Below, piece after piece: positions 46,067-60,700 of a stretch of DNA of 64,000 nt (position 1 is the stretch's first letter; every line of letters starts with the position of its first letter). The position numbers were made by a program, and so were the translations under genes. The notes under the pieces are model-generated. The model worked only from the letters and a program-made list of their open reading frames with translations, did no database searches and was not told the origin of the DNA. Origin of the DNA: Stegostoma tigrinum (taxonomy: Eukaryota); contig NC_081400.1 in assembly GCF_030684315.1 (NCBI RefSeq), forward strand, positions 8,375,464 to 8,439,463, in the 5' to 3' direction.

Positions 46067-47833
46067 ATAAATGGCCAAAGAAAGAGTAGGGCCGATCAGG
46101 GATAGCATAGGGAACTTGTGTGTTGGTCTGAGGAGGTAGGAGAAGCCCTAAATGAGTTTTTGCTTCTGTCTTTATGAAAGAAATGAACTTTGTAGTGAAT
46201 GAAACCTTTGAAGAGCAGGTGTGCATGCCTGAATGGATAGAAATAGCGGAAACTGATGTCCTGAAAATTTTGTCAAACAGTAAGATTGACAAGTCGCCAG
46301 GCCCGTACCAGAATTGTCCTCGGCGGCTTTGGGAAGCGAGAAATGCAATCGCTACGCCACGTGCGAGGATCTTTGCATCCTCGCTCTCCACTGGAGTCGT
46401 ACCTGAGGACTGGAGAGAGGCAAATATAATTCCTCTCTTCAAGAAAGGAAATAGGGAAATCCCCGGCAATTACAGACCAGTAAATCTCACGTCTGTCGTC
46501 TGCAAGGTGTGAGAAAGGATTCTGAGGGATAGGATTTATGACCATCTGGAAGAGCATGGCTTGATCAAATGCAGTCAACACGGCTTTGTGAGGGGCAGGT
46601 CATGCCTCACAAACCTTATCGAGTTCTTTGAGGATGTGACTAGAAAAGTTAATGAGGGTCGAGTTGTGGATGTGGTGTATACGGACTTCAGTAAGGCATT
46701 TGATAAGCTTCGCCATGGTAGGTTCATTCAGAAGGTCAGGAGGAATGGGATACAGGGGCACTTAGCTGTCTGGATACAGAATTGGCTGGCCAACAGAAGG
46801 CAGTGAGTGGTAGTAGAAGGAAAATATTCTGCCTGGAAGTCAGTGGTGAGTGGTGTTCCACAGGGCTCTGTCCTTGGGCCTCTACTGTTTGTAATTTTTA
46901 TTAATGACTTGGATGAGGGGATTGAAGGATGGGTCAGTAAGTTTGCAGATGACACAAAGGTCGGAGGTGTCATTGACAGTATAGAGGGCTGTTGTAGGCT
47001 GCAGCGGGACATTGACAGGATGCAAAGATGGGCTGAGAGGTGGCAGATGGAGTTCAACCTGGATAAATGCGAGGTGATGCATTTTGGAAGGTCGAATTTG
47101 AAAGCTGAGTACAGGATTAAGAATAGGCTTCTTGGCAGTGTGGAGGAACAGAGGGATCTTGGTGTGCAGATACATAGATCCCTTAAAATGGCCACCCAAG
47201 TGGACAGGGTTGTTAAGAAAGCATATGGTGTTTTGGCTTTCATTAACAGGGGATTGAGTTTAAGAGTCGTGAGATCTTGTTGCAGCTCTATAAAACTTTG
47301 TCTAGACTGCACTTGGAATACTGCGTCCAGTTCTGGTCGCCCTATTATCGGAAAGATGTGGATGGTTTGGAGGGGGTTCAGAGGAGGTTTACAGGATGCT
47401 GCCTGGACTGGAGGGCTTATCTTATGAAGAGAGGTTGACTGAGATCGGACTTTTTTCATTGGAGAAAAGGAGGAGGAGAGGGGACCTAATTGAGGTATAC
47501 AAGACAATGAGAGGCATAGATAAAGTTGATAGCCAGAGACTATTTCCCAGGGCAGAAATGGCTAGCACGAGGGGTCATAGTTTTAAGCTGGTTGGAGGAA
47601 AGTATCGAGGGGATGTCAGAGGCGGGTTCTTTCCACAGAGAGTTGTGAGAGCATGGAATGCATTGCCAGCAGCAGTTGTTGAAGCAAGGTCATTGCGGTC
47701 ATTTAAGAGACTGCTGGACATGTATATGGTCACAGAAATTTGAGGGTGCATACGTGAGGATCAATGGTCGGCACAACATTGTGGGCTGAAGGGCCTGTTC
47801 TGTGCTGTACTGTTCTATGTTCTATGTTCTATG
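46067..47833 (+). mobile_element. Young 5'-truncated CR1 LINE with a (TTCTATG)3 tail, present only in duplication copy 2
   Basis: NYRPVNLTSVVCK, SQHGFVRGRSCLTNL, SGVPQGSVLGPLLF, KFADDTK, WNALP. Absent at the equivalent site (~195) in copy 1. Confidence 0.95.
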
Positions 47834-50015
47834 TCTTCTGGTCTTAATGTAGAACACTACCAGCGTGAGATTAAACACTTTGAAACTGGAGCTGTCTTTA
47901 TACATTTGTAAATCTTTTCTTAAGGCGGGTGTGTGATGACACTTTGCCTTTATAGATTTGTTTCTATCCTGCTTCTCTTGTAGAGAGGTGTTGTCACAGT
48001 GGTGTCAACATGTCTCATTCATACATGCAGTTGGTTAACATCTTTGAGTTCTCCCTGTGTGTTTTTTTTTAATTGTTATGAAATGTAAGGTAAAACAATC
48101 ACAAAAAGGTGGACTCAGGATCAGAGAGTCACAAAAGGACTTTAGCTTTGCTTTCTGTTGTTCGGGTAGATTTTTGCTGGCTGCTGGAGCTGAAAGCTTC
48201 AGTTCTCTGCTGTGGGAGTAATGGTTTCGACAGAGAGGTTTACTTTTAAGATTAAACAAAATGGATTTATTTCTTAACGGTGTTAATTTCTATTGGATTG
48301 GAGGCAGACAGCACGTGGGAATAATAACTGTGCTGCTGAAATGTGTTTGTTAATGGTGTGGTTATGACATGCTGTCTATGTGGATTAATGGTTAAATAAT
48401 TCATTATTTTACTAAGAATTTAATAGATTAAAGCAATGCCAAATCTTCCTTTTGCTGTATTTTCATTGTTTCATTGCAATAACATATACTCTGATTAAGG
48501 TTTCACAATCGTCCAACTGAATCTTATCTTTAACAGCACTTCATATGTGCCTGTCAAAAAATTCAATGTTGGGGTGTTGGCTATTTCCATGATATACTTG
48601 GGCAGATTAGCTATGGGAAATGCAGGCTTGTTTGAATAGGTTGGGGAGTTCGATCTAAGTATGCTGTTCTTCAGAATGGACTCGATAGGCCTAATAGAGT
48701 TCTTCCACGCTGAAAGTTACTTCTCATGAGATAATGCTAATAATTGGTGAAGTAAGAAAATCGAAGAAAATGAAGTTAGTCAACTGATTAAGAAATTCAA
48801 TTTATTGACAGATCTGGCTGCGGTGATGACATTCGGTTAATATGAATCTGCAGTGAATACTAGAAATGGACTTGGTAATTATTGCAAGCAAAGAGACATT
48901 TAAAGTTGGCCTGACACAAATTAGTTTTCAGCATTTTCTCTTCAAATGTCATTGAATTAAAAACTTTGACATATGCAACATGTGCAATGTTTGTAGATTC
49001 TAGTTTGTAACGTTCAAAATAGTGGTGCACACCATAAGCCAGTAATTGCAACTTTTTGTCTTTGTGAAAGAGGTGTCTTATTTTAATTCTGCACTTGTGC
49101 GATGTTATTTGCTAAATTAAGATGAAGAACAGAGGTCTAGTTTACATTAGTGTGCATTTGCTACATTTAAACTCTAATAAATTAGCTATTTAGTTTGACT
49201 TGATTTATTGTTGTCAAATGTACCAAGATACAGTGATGATACAAAGTGCATCAGACAGCAATACAGAGTGCAGAATGCAATGTTACAGTTGCAGAGAGAG
49301 GGAGCTCAACATTGACATTTGAGAATGCCAGTTAAAAGTTTGAAAAGGGAAGAAGCTATTCTTCAATCTGATCAAAAGTGTATTCAAACTTTTGAATCTT
49401 CTGCTTAATGGAAGAAGGAACAACCAGGCTGAGAGGTTACTTTATTATGTTGGTCCCTTTTCCATGGCAGCAGAAAATTTTGATGGAGTCAATAAATGCA
49501 AGGTTACATTGCGTGATGGATGGGGCTGTGTACATGCCTCTGTATGTTCTTGTGGTTTTAGGAAGAGCAGTTGTTACACTGTGCTGTGACATATCCAGAC
49601 AAGATGCTTTCTATGGTGCCAATGGAAACATTAATAATGGTCTTTGTGAACATGCAAAGTTTCTTTAGCTTGCAGAGGAATTAGAAGCATTGTTCTGCTT
49701 CTTTGACAGCCACTTTCACATGGATGGACCACAACAGACAGTTGATGATCATCATTCCCAGGGTCTTGACGTTCTGTATGACCTCTACTTCAGCATCATT
49801 GATGCAGACACGTGACATGTGCTCCAGTCCGCTTCCTGAAGTCGATGACCAGAGCCTTCATTTTGCTGATGTTGATGGAAAGATTGTGGCCCTTCAACGA
49901 TGCTGCTCAGCTCTCAATCTCTTTTCTGTACTCTGTCTCTTTATCGTTGAAGATCCAACCCACAATGCTGATGTCATCATCCCATCCCAATGGAGTTGTG
50001 GTGGAATTTGACCTC

Positions 50016-51963
50016 ACTCATCTCCACCTATCTGGATTCCATTTTCTCCCCTTTGGTCCAGGAACTCCCTACCTACGTCCATGACACCACCCACGCCCTC
50101 CACCTCTTCCAGAACTTCCAATTCCCTGGCCCCCAACATCTCATTTTCACTATGGGCATCCAGTCCCTATATACCTGTATTCCTCATGCAGATGGCCTCA
50201 AAGCCCTCCGCTTCTTCCTGTCCCTCAGGCCCGACCAATCCCCCTCGACCAACACCCTCATCCGCCTAGCCGAACACGTCCTCACACTCAACAACTTCTC
50301 TTTCGATTCCTCCCACTTCCTACAGACAAAGGGGGTTACTGTGGGTACCCGCATGGGCCCCAGCTATGCCTGCCTCTCTGTAGGTTACGAGGAACAGCCC
50401 CTGTTCCGCATCTACACAGGCTCCAAACCCCACCTCTTCCTCCATTACATTAATGACAGTATTGCTGCCGCCTCTTGCTCCCCAGAGGAGCTCGAACAGT
50501 TCATCCTCTTCACCAGCACCTTCCACCCCAACCTCAAGTTCACTTGGACCGTCTCCAACACATCCCTCACCTTCCTGGACCTCTCAGTCTCCATCTCAGG
50601 TAACCAGCTAGAAACTGATGTTCATTTCAAGCACACTGACTCCTACAGCTACCTAGAATACACCTCCTCCCACCTACCCTCCCGCCAAAATTCCATCCCC
50701 TATTCCCAATTCTTCCACCTCCGCCGCATCTGCTCCCAGGATGAAACATTCCACTCCCACACATACCAGATGTCCACGTTCTTCCAGTAACTCAACTTAC
50801 CCCCCACAGTGGTCGAGAACGCCCTTGACCGCGTCTCCCGCATTTCCTGCATCACATCACTCACACCCCACCCCCGCCACAACCGCCACCAGAGGATCCC
50901 TCTCGTTCTCACATACAACCCCACCAACCTCCGGATACAACGCATCATCCTCCGACACTTTCGCTATCTACAATCCGAGGCCATCACCCAAGACATTTTT
51001 CCATCCCCACCCTTGTCTGCCTTCCGGAGAGACCACTTCTCCGCGACTCCCTTGTCCGCTCCACACTCCCCTCCAACCCCGAAACACCCGGCACCTTCCC
51101 CTGCAACCGCAGGAAGTGCGACACTTGCCCCCACACCTCCTCTCTCACCCCTATCCCAGGCTCCAAGATGATTTTCCATATCAAGCAGATATTCACCTGC
51201 ACATCTACCAATGTGGTGTATTGTATCCATTGTACCCGGTGTGGCTTCCTCTACATTGGGGAAAAACAAGCGGAGGCTTGGTGACCGCTTTGCAGAACAC
51301 CTCTGCTCGGTTCGCAACAAGCAACTGCACATCTCAGTTGCGAACCATTTTAACTGCCCCTCCCAATCCTCAGATGACATGTCCATCCTGGGTCTCCTGC
51401 AGTGCCACAATGATGCCACCCGAAGGTTGCAGGAACAGCAACTCATATTCCGCTTTGGAACCCTGCAAGCCAATGGTATCAATGTGGACTTCACAAGCTT
51501 CAAAAGCTCCCCTTCCCCCACTGCATCCCAAAACCAGCCCAGTTCTTCCCCTCCCCCCACTGCATCACAAAACTAGCCCAGCTCGACCCCTCCCATCACT
51601 GCATCCCAAAACCAGCCCAGCCTGTCTCCGCTTCCCTAACTTGTTCTTCGTCTCATCCATCCCTTCATCCCACCTCAAGCCGCACCTCCATTTCCGACCT
51701 AGCACCTCATCCTGCCTCCTAGACTTGTCTGTCTTCCCTGGACTGGCCAATCCCATCCCTACCTCCCCACCTATACTCTCCTCTCTACCTGTCTTCTTTT
51801 CTCTCTATCTTTGGTCTGCCTCGCCCTCTCTCCCTATTTATTCCAGTTCCCTCTCCCCATCCAACTCTGTGATGAAGGTTCTCGGCCCGAAACATCAGCT
51901 TTTGTGCTTCTGAGATGCTGCTTGGCCTGCTGTGTTCATCCAGCTCCACACCTTGTTATCTTA
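50016..51963 (+). mobile_element. Penelope-like element, paralog of 2590-4667, with its 5' part removed by deletion
   Basis: ORFs 49990-50790 and 51211-51576. Confidence 0.9.
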
Positions 51964-52273
51964 TGTACAAATATGGCTTTTTCTTAATTAGCCTAGCACA
52001 ACACATACATATTACATTGACTCTAATTATGTAGTCACTGCTATTTCAGTCTGTCTTTTCCCCACCACTGAACACTTCTATTTTCCTTCGGCAAAATCCC
52101 GAAAATGCCTCAGCAATTAAGCCTGGATACATTTAAACAGATCCACACCAAGCTTTTGACTACAATGGTTTCATCTTTATGACAAACGTCATCACTGCTG
52201 CAACCTTTTACATTAACTTCTGCCATTATAGGCCAACGGCCACTTTCCAGTCCCAACTTCTGAAATTCAGATC

Positions 52274-52292
52274 TTCTCTCTCTCTTTCTCTC

Positions 52293-52328
<36 letters not shown>
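52274..52328. repeat. (CT)n microsatellite, longer than the paralogous tract at ~4985-5010
   Basis: Directly visible. Confidence 0.9.
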
Positions 52329-52332
<4 letters not shown>

Positions 52333-53544
52333 GCTCATTTTTCTGTTTTTAATCATAACTTAAACCTTTCATTTCCTTTTCAGTTTCAAGCTTTTTAAAG
52401 ATTTTGTTCTTCATTCTGCTGCATCTTTTCATCCCTCTGTTTTGACTTCAGCCTCCCCTTTCGTTCTTCCTCTTTCCGTTGCCATTGTCATCTCAATCAA
52501 ACTGCTTCATTTGCAATAGGATTTTAGCTTTTTCCAAGTATTGGGATTACATTTCTTGCAAAATAAGTGTTACGCTATCACTGCAATTTCCTCCCTTGTC
52601 CTCACAACAAAGGCAACCCCTACCTCTGCTCATCTATCAATTCCACAAGCTCTGTCTTCTTCATGTTCTGTCAGCCACTCCGAGTGATTGCTCTCACACC
52701 TAGGAAACTCTTAAGCTCTCATGAAGCCATTGTGACACAAGGCACTCCCTGTTTAAATGAATCAAATGCTACATATAAAACAGAATATGAATAGTCTCCA
52801 ATCACTGTTTTTCAGTCCAATAATTCTCAACCCAAGGCCAATTTACAGATCTTGATCTCAGACGAGACCCAATTTTGTTATGGATCAGACTGGCCTCCTA
52901 GCTCCCACGATATAGTAAGGGAACAGCCGAAACATGAACTTGCTCTTTGTGTTAAGGTGATGTGAGATTTTTTTTTTGTCAGATGTAATCTGATGTGGTC
53001 CACCACCAGGCTTCTAGAAAAAGATACTAAATTGTTACAACACAATTCAAACACAAATGAAAAGACTACTGAATACGGAAGAAGATAATATATGAATTAA
53101 CTACTAATTAGCAACTGTTCCAGAGTTTCAGACTATTTTCCCCAGAGGACACATGTCAATTACAACATCGCTTAGGTTTAAGGTAAAGGGGGATCAGTTT
53201 AAATGAAAAGTGAGAGGCTTTTTCTTTCGACAGAGGTTGAAAAGTGCCTGGAACGCGCGAGCAGAGGATGTTGTGGAGGATCAAAGTTTGAGGGTCATCT
53301 TGGCAGATAAATGGACAGGTAGGGAACAGAGATACAGGCTGAGTAGAAGCTAAAGATGTTTATTTTTGTTTAGAAAGGCATACTGTATTGGCAGGAGCTT
53401 GTTCAAGTGAAGGCCTGTTGCTTCTTCACATCAAGTGCCCATAAAACAGCGACACACACGTAATAATGGTGGTAAGTGGAGTGGTGACATTTATGTTACG
53501 GAAGACAGCATATATAGTTTGTTACGTCATTATACAATTTTATA

Positions 53545-53805
53545 AGATTAGTTTCCCTACAGCGTGGAAACAGGCCCTTTGGCCCAACAAGTCCACACTG
53601 CCCCTTGAAGCATCCAACCCAGACCCATCCCCCTATAACGCACACACCCCTGAACACAACAGGCATCTTTGAACTTGGGGACGAAACCCATGCTGACACG
53701 GGGAGAATGTGCAAACTCCACACAGGCAGTCGCCCTAGGTTGGAATCAAACCTGGGTCACTGACACCGTGAGCTGCAGTGCTAGCCACTGAGCCACCGTG
53801 CCGCC
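53545..53805 (-). mobile_element. tRNA-derived SINE, paralog of 6245-6505
   Basis: Same A/B boxes and core. Confidence 0.85.
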
Positions 53806-54740
53806 CTGTTGCTGATCAGATTACACTTGAAGCCTGTGGTCTTGGAAGAGTGCATGTGGCAAGCAGCTGAACGACTGTGGACATTCCAAGGAATGATCAT
53901 TTTACACTCAAAAAGGTAGCACTGCTTCCCTCTCCACAGGCACTGCTGGACATATTGTGTTTCTGTGTGACCAAAAATAAAGCAAATCATTTGATTGACA
54001 TGAAATACAATATAGTAAACTCATTCTCTGCCTCTATGACCATGATAGTGAGAGCAGTGTGTCGACTGCATGCAGATATAAATTTCACAAACATCATTTG
54101 TAAGTAACACTCGAAACTGTAATTAGTAACGGTTAGCAATGTAAAGTTAGCAGTCTCCAGACAGCAGAATAAACTAAATGTTCTATTCTAATTTTCTGGT
54201 CATTTCTGGTCTTGAGATGTATTGTTATTCTTCCAATATTTCAACATTCAGCACACTTCAACAGACCCTGTAATCTACCTTTGATGGTGCAAAATCCGAC
54301 ATATATACATAGGAAAACTTTGCATCAACTCAAACAAAGTAAACATTTTGAATTCTGATAATTATTGGTCTTATCAACAGTGTACGCCTACTTAAAGGGA
54401 TAATAACAAGAAACAAAACTGTTCTCAGTAGCAGGTGAACATTTACAACTTTCATCATTTCCATGTTGGAATGGTAATTCATTAATGACAGTTGGATATT
54501 ACATTGGTGAAGTATTGTGAAATCTTCAATTGGTGGAACAGATCCGTGTTCCAGGTTTCATTTGTTACCTCCTCACATGAATTAAACATCCACTTCTACA
54601 CAAATGGGTCCTAAAATACATGGACACAACACAAATTTAGGAATACATTTCTTTGAAAATTACTGAAGCACACTTGTTAGGTGACTTCCCATTCAGAGAA
54701 AACATGCCACATGTTCTTCAAGTCATGAATGCCCCGTTCA

Positions 54741-54785
54741 TCAAAGTATTGGATCTTCGTTAAATTTCAAGGGAGCATAAGAAGC
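54741..54785 (-). CDS. Copy 2 exon 6, ASYAPLKFNEDPIL*
   Basis: Acceptor TTTATTCTCCAG|, phase 0. Confidence 0.7.
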   Translation of the reverse strand, partial: ASYAPLKFNEDPIL

Positions 54786-57700
54786 CTGGAGAATAAATCA
54801 GAAACTATTATTATAGAAACTTGGGAGCAGGGAACGACATTTCAACATTTGTTTATCAACTTCAGTTAAGAGTTATAGAGTTATACACTGCAGAAAAGGC
54901 ACTTCGGCCCAATGGGTCTACACCAGAATAACTGCTGCTAATTACACTTTCTTGCGCTTCTCTCATATTGCCGAATGTTATGATATTTCATCCAATCTTG
55001 CAAGGATTGCAATGTTTACAGTCTCCACTATACCCCCAGGAAATGCATTCCCGATTCCCACTGCCTTCTGCGTGAAAAGGTTTTGCTTTATTTTTCTGAA
55101 ACGCCCCACGCATTATCCTGACCCTCTCATGATTGACAATTCAATCAAGAACATTTCTGCTCTCTATTCAGCTGCACACACCCCTCATGAACTTATACAC
55201 CTCAGTCATATACCCTCTCGGTCTGCGAGTCTCTTGAGAAAACAATTCAAGCCTGTCTAATTACATCCCACAGATCAATTCCTCCAACCCAGGCAACATA
55301 CCAGTGACCTCCTATGTACCCCATCGAATGATATCACATCCTTCCTGTAGTGAGCTGACCAGAACTGCACATAATACTCCAAATGTAATCGAATTAACGC
55401 TTTGCAGAAGTCCAACATTAACTCCTTGATCTTATATGCACCACAAATCATGAACATCAGCGTCCCATATGCCTCCTTTACTGTCTTATTCACGTACTCT
55501 GCCTACAGCAGGGATCTATGAGTCATTCACGCAAGATACTTTGCTTCTGCTAAGCTACACAATGTCCTGCCATTATCTAAATATTCCCTCATCTTGTTTC
55601 TTCTTGAAAAGTACATCAACCCAAACTTATCAGAGTTAAATATTATTTGCCAAACCTGTGCCCCAATGAATGAACTATCTATACCCTCCTGCAACCGTCA
55701 AACATTTTCTTCAATATTAACCACAATACCAATTTTGGTGTTGCCTGCAGATCTCCCCCTAAACACCACCACCCATACGCACACTACATTTTCATCTATA
55801 TCATGTGTGTACAAACAATAAGGTTTATAATACTGATCATCGCATTCCACCACTGGACACCGGCCTCCCATAATTCGAAAAGTTTTCGAGCACAAGCCCA
55901 GTTTGTGCTCCATCTCGCCAAGTTTCCCTGCATTCTGTGTGTTTTAATCTTATCAATTATTCTCCCATGTTAGACTTTTCCAAAACTTTTGCAAAGATTC
56001 ATATAAAATACAACGACTGATTGTCCCCCATCTGCACTCTTGATGATATTTTCTGAAAGATTCTAACAAATTTAATTGGCATGACCACCCTCGGAAAAAG
56101 ACATACTGACTGTATTTAAATAACCCATAATTCTCCATATGAGTATTAATTCTGTCTCTCAGAATATTTTCCAAAAGTTCCCTATCACTAACATATGATT
56201 CACCACCTGTTTTCCTGGTTCATTGCTACCACCCTACATAAAATGTGGAACCACATTAGCCAACTTCCAGTCCACTGGCACGTCATCTGGAGCCAGATAG
56301 CAATTGCAAATTTGTGTAAGAGGCCCTGAAATTACCTCCCTCATCTCCCAGAGCAGCGTAGGATGAAATTCATTCAGGACTGGAGATTTGTCCGTTTTCA
56401 GCCTGACAACGCCTCCAATACCTTCTCATTTTAACAGTTCCTCAAAATCCCCTTTCCTGAATTCTAGTATCTCCTTTTCCAGAGAGTGAGTGAAGAGAAG
56501 TATTTCTTCAACACTCTTCCAGTGTCTGTTGGATTTCAACACAGGTTGCCCCATTGGTGCCTAATGAAGCCTCCTCTTTCACTGCTTAACCTCTTCCCTT
56601 TAATATACTGAAATAAAACAGGGGTTTATAGACTTGGGCATTGAGCCAGTGTGTATGATTGCAGACATTTCGTCACCCTGTCAGATAAGATCAGTGTGGC
56701 TCTGGTGAAGTGTTAGTGTTCTGGCCCATTTGTTACTTATATGCCTCGGGTCGGCACAGGAAGCAAGTCTGCAAACTCAGCCACGACCAAAGTACAATCC
56801 TTCTCAAAAAGGCTTTAAAATTCAAAAAGTAGCATTCTCACTAATTCTCTTCGTAAGTTCTCCTTCATGCCCCCTTTTTTGAGCTTCTAGTTGCTCTATT
56901 AAGTTCCCTCCTGCACTTTCTGTATTCCTCTAGGGCCGCAACTGAATTTCTCCTTTTGAACTTGCTAAAAGCGCTACACATTTTCTTTATTCAGTCCTGA
57001 ACATATTGCTCTTATATTACCCTCTACCTGGTATATGTTTGACTTGTACTCTCCCCAGCTCAGTTTTCAATACCGCCTACTGCTGTGCTGTAGGCCTACC
57101 TGAAAAGAGCTGCTCCCAGTCACTTTTGGCCAGATCCTGCTTTGCTTAAATAAAATCTGGCTTCTCCCAATCCAAAGCCATACTTTGAGGGCTATTTCTT
57201 CCTTCTCCAGATCAAATTTGAATCATATTTTGTGCCGGCCTCTATTGCTCAAATGTACCCCCAGTCTCACAAAGAACACGTCTTACTTCTTTCCCAAGAG
57301 ACGATTCAAGCAGTGTGCCATTCCTTGTACCGCATAATTCAAAAAACTCCCCTCGACTGGTTTCAAGAAATCCGTTCCCTCTATACACTTAATGCGATGA
57401 CTATCTCAGTATATGTTGTGAAGGATGAAATCTCATCGTATAATTTTGTAATTATTACTCTTACACGCTACTTACTTCGTGCTGACTCTTTGGGCCCTAT
57501 TATACAAATCCATTAAAGTAACTGGCCCCTTAACATTTCTGACAGAAGATTGCTATATCCCTGTACTCATTATAAATTGCAATTGATCAGAACCAAAAAG
57601 GAAAGCTCCCCCACCCACCCTCACTTTGGAACAAGCACAGAGTGAACAGAACAGTTCTCTGTCTTCACCGAATCATATGCTTTTAATAATCTAGTTATTT

Positions 57701-60700
57701 CAACGAGATCATGTCTTTATCTTCTTTTTATGCAGGAATACTCTTCGCATCTGTATTGTCTGTTCTCAGAATGCAAAAAGAAACAAAATGCTGTCATCAC
57801 AGGACAGAATACTTATTTTGTAGATCTGTGTAATTTTGAGGATATCTCGATCTATGTTTTTGAATGATTTCACTTCTTTAAAAATGGAAAACTGTGCCAC
57901 TTCGTATTGATCGCAAGTAAATTTTCGGTCGACTTATGTCACTGTAATTGCTACTATTAAACGTTTTCTAAAACTGGTGTAAGGAACACGCACACCTTGA
58001 GAGAAAATTTATATCGGTTTTCATGCACTTACCTCCTGGTTTGAATCACGTGTTTGAAAATCTGCTGATTCCTTATCTGTGTTCCAGTTGCCTGATGTAA
58101 AGTAAATAGCCAGTTTGTTAAAGAAATGTATGGCTGATTGGGTTAATTAACATGAAATGTCAAAAAGCACAAAACGCACGTGTAGATCACAATGAATGTG
58201 TAGCACCAAGGTTCACTTCCTACCTGAGCAGCAATTTCCATAGATACATCCACCAACGACAATTAATATCATGACGAGGGAAATCAATGGCAACGTACTC
58301 CCATAAAACATTAAAGAACAAGCGATATGTTGCGACTCTGAAGAAGGCAGGGCTGTGATTAAATATAAACAAATTAGGTATCCAATACTTACAAGCAACT
58401 CAAGAGACCCACCAACGTCAATCCAAGCTGCTCATTGTGCAATCCACAAACCCCCCGCAGTAAATAATGTAACCCTTAAAGTTAGACGCAAGACCAATAA
58501 AGTAGCACCAAGACAGAATGAGACACTCAGAGGCAAAAGAAGGTAGAGACACATCTGAAACAAAACGTTCGTCATATAGAGCAACATAAATTTGGAAACA
58601 TCATCCTGTTGGGCACAGAATGAGATTATTGAGTCCTCCAAATATTGCTACACCGAACCAAGTTGAACTAATTACTTGGAACCCTCTCGGCATACGTCTA
58701 TCAATCCAAATCGAATCCGGAATTCAGCCTGTCTCCTAGAATTAAAGTACTTCAAGGTTCACAATGTTTTTCCACCTGTCACTGAATTTCTCATTCGGAT
58801 TTTCCATTTGATATGAATGTAAGCGTACATGTATTTGTGTCCACTGAAAATTGTTGGAAGATCCATTACCACGATTTCCTGCTACATGCTCAATGTCGTT
58901 TCAGCATTTAACTGTATAAGTAGGTGTTTAGAGAAACTGTGTTAAATATAATCACCTCCAGTTTCATAAACCGTTACTGAAGTAGCACTCTCCAAATTTA
59001 TAATATGTCACCACAAGCTTTGAAACAGTCAATCTTTCTCCAATCTCCAGTCTTCGCTTTCAGCGAAAGCCATAAGATCATAAGACATAGGAGTGGAATT
59101 AATACTGTTCGGTCATTAGTCCACTCGATGTTCAGTTAATTTTGGGAATTTCAGCTCCACTTGTTTGATAGCTTATTTTTTAATAGATTGAGGAGGCTTT
59201 TTGCAATTTGGAAAAACCATTTCCGAAACAGACAGAATAAAGGGGCGATTTGACCCCACGTGATCAAGAAAAGCCAAAAAGAATGAAGCAAGCTCAATCA
59301 GAATGATAAGGGTGTCAAAGACAGAAGGGAAGCATGGACATTACTATTCCTAACACTAAATTATGGATAATATGTGAAAAATGTTGATTTAATAAAACTT
59401 GGAACACGATGAGTAGATATGCTATTGTTGTAACAAACAGATAAACCCGTACTATATAAAACTCGTTTTAAAAATTCTACGATGAGAACAAAACAGAATG
59501 CCTGAACCAATGGAAAAAAAATGGAAAAACAGTTGCTGTTGCTGTTCTGAAAGAGGAAGTCGGTCAATGAAACCAGTAGATTGAATCGACTTCGACAAGA
59601 TCTTTCCACTTCTGAGGCAATACCGATCTCGAAGAGATCAATATAACTGCGCCACTCTAATGAAAGCGAATCTGAAGTATGATGAAGCAGAGGAGGTTGG
59701 GTGAGTTGGAAACTCGGACGTCGATAGAAAGCATAAAGCTTTCTTAAATATGGACGAGAGAAAGGGATGCGAAAGCAGGTGCGGTTAATAAAAGTACGAT
59801 CAAAATAAATATTTGGGAGGAATCTTGAGAGAAATTAGAGCTCTAGTTCAAATTTAGTATCGTTTTAATCACAGTATGTCTTTTCCAACGCGAATGCTAT
59901 GATAAATAGAACAATATTCATAGGCATTAATAAGAAATGTAGCGAACTGGGAAAAAAGTTATTTCCCATTTTAATCAACAAAACCTCAGACTCGTTCATT
60001 ATACCCTGCTTTATGTGCAAATAGCCTGCTTCAATAAATTATGATAAAAATTGAGAAAGCGAAGGAGTGTAAGGCTGAGTTATCTGAAAGAAGTAACTAT
60101 CTGGACAACCAGATGTCGATGCAAAGAATGGGAAGACTTTGAAGATGAAAGGTCATAAAGTCGCAATAAGCTCTAATGTTGGCACTAAACGTAATCATTA
60201 ATTGTTGTTGCCAATACTTACCTTTCTGATATGAGATACTTTCACTGTTAGGGATCGCAGTTGAGCTGATTTGAACTGAGCAAGTACAGACAGCGCCATA
60301 TTTCCAAGCTTCTGCTGGGACTCTGATGTGACTCCTGATACTGTAGACTCCAGTGGAGTCCATTGCCACAGAACCTGTCCAACCCTCGGCATCCCAGGTG
60401 GATATATTCCAGTCGATGGGAACGTTATTAGCGATCACGTTGCTCACTAAACACAACAATGGGAGAGTTTCCATGGAAACCATTTCTTGCAGCGGTGGAG
60501 ATAAAAGAATTACATTGGGAGTGCCTGAAGAGATTGGAAAGTAACATGAAATTATTGTTCAACATTGCTTTGTATCGATAGTGAAATCCGTCAATCTGTC
60601 TTTACTCTTACCTGTTATGAGCAAGTGGGAACCATTTCCGAATATGAAGTGGTCAGGGTACGATTTCCTACCAGCACAGAAATATACACCGGAATCATTT

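Noticed and set aside
50741-51913. 390-aa Pro/Ser/Thr-rich ORF and similar overlapping ORFs at 3000-4600 and 34300-35300
   Set aside because: Alternative frames of C-rich Penelope-like elements.
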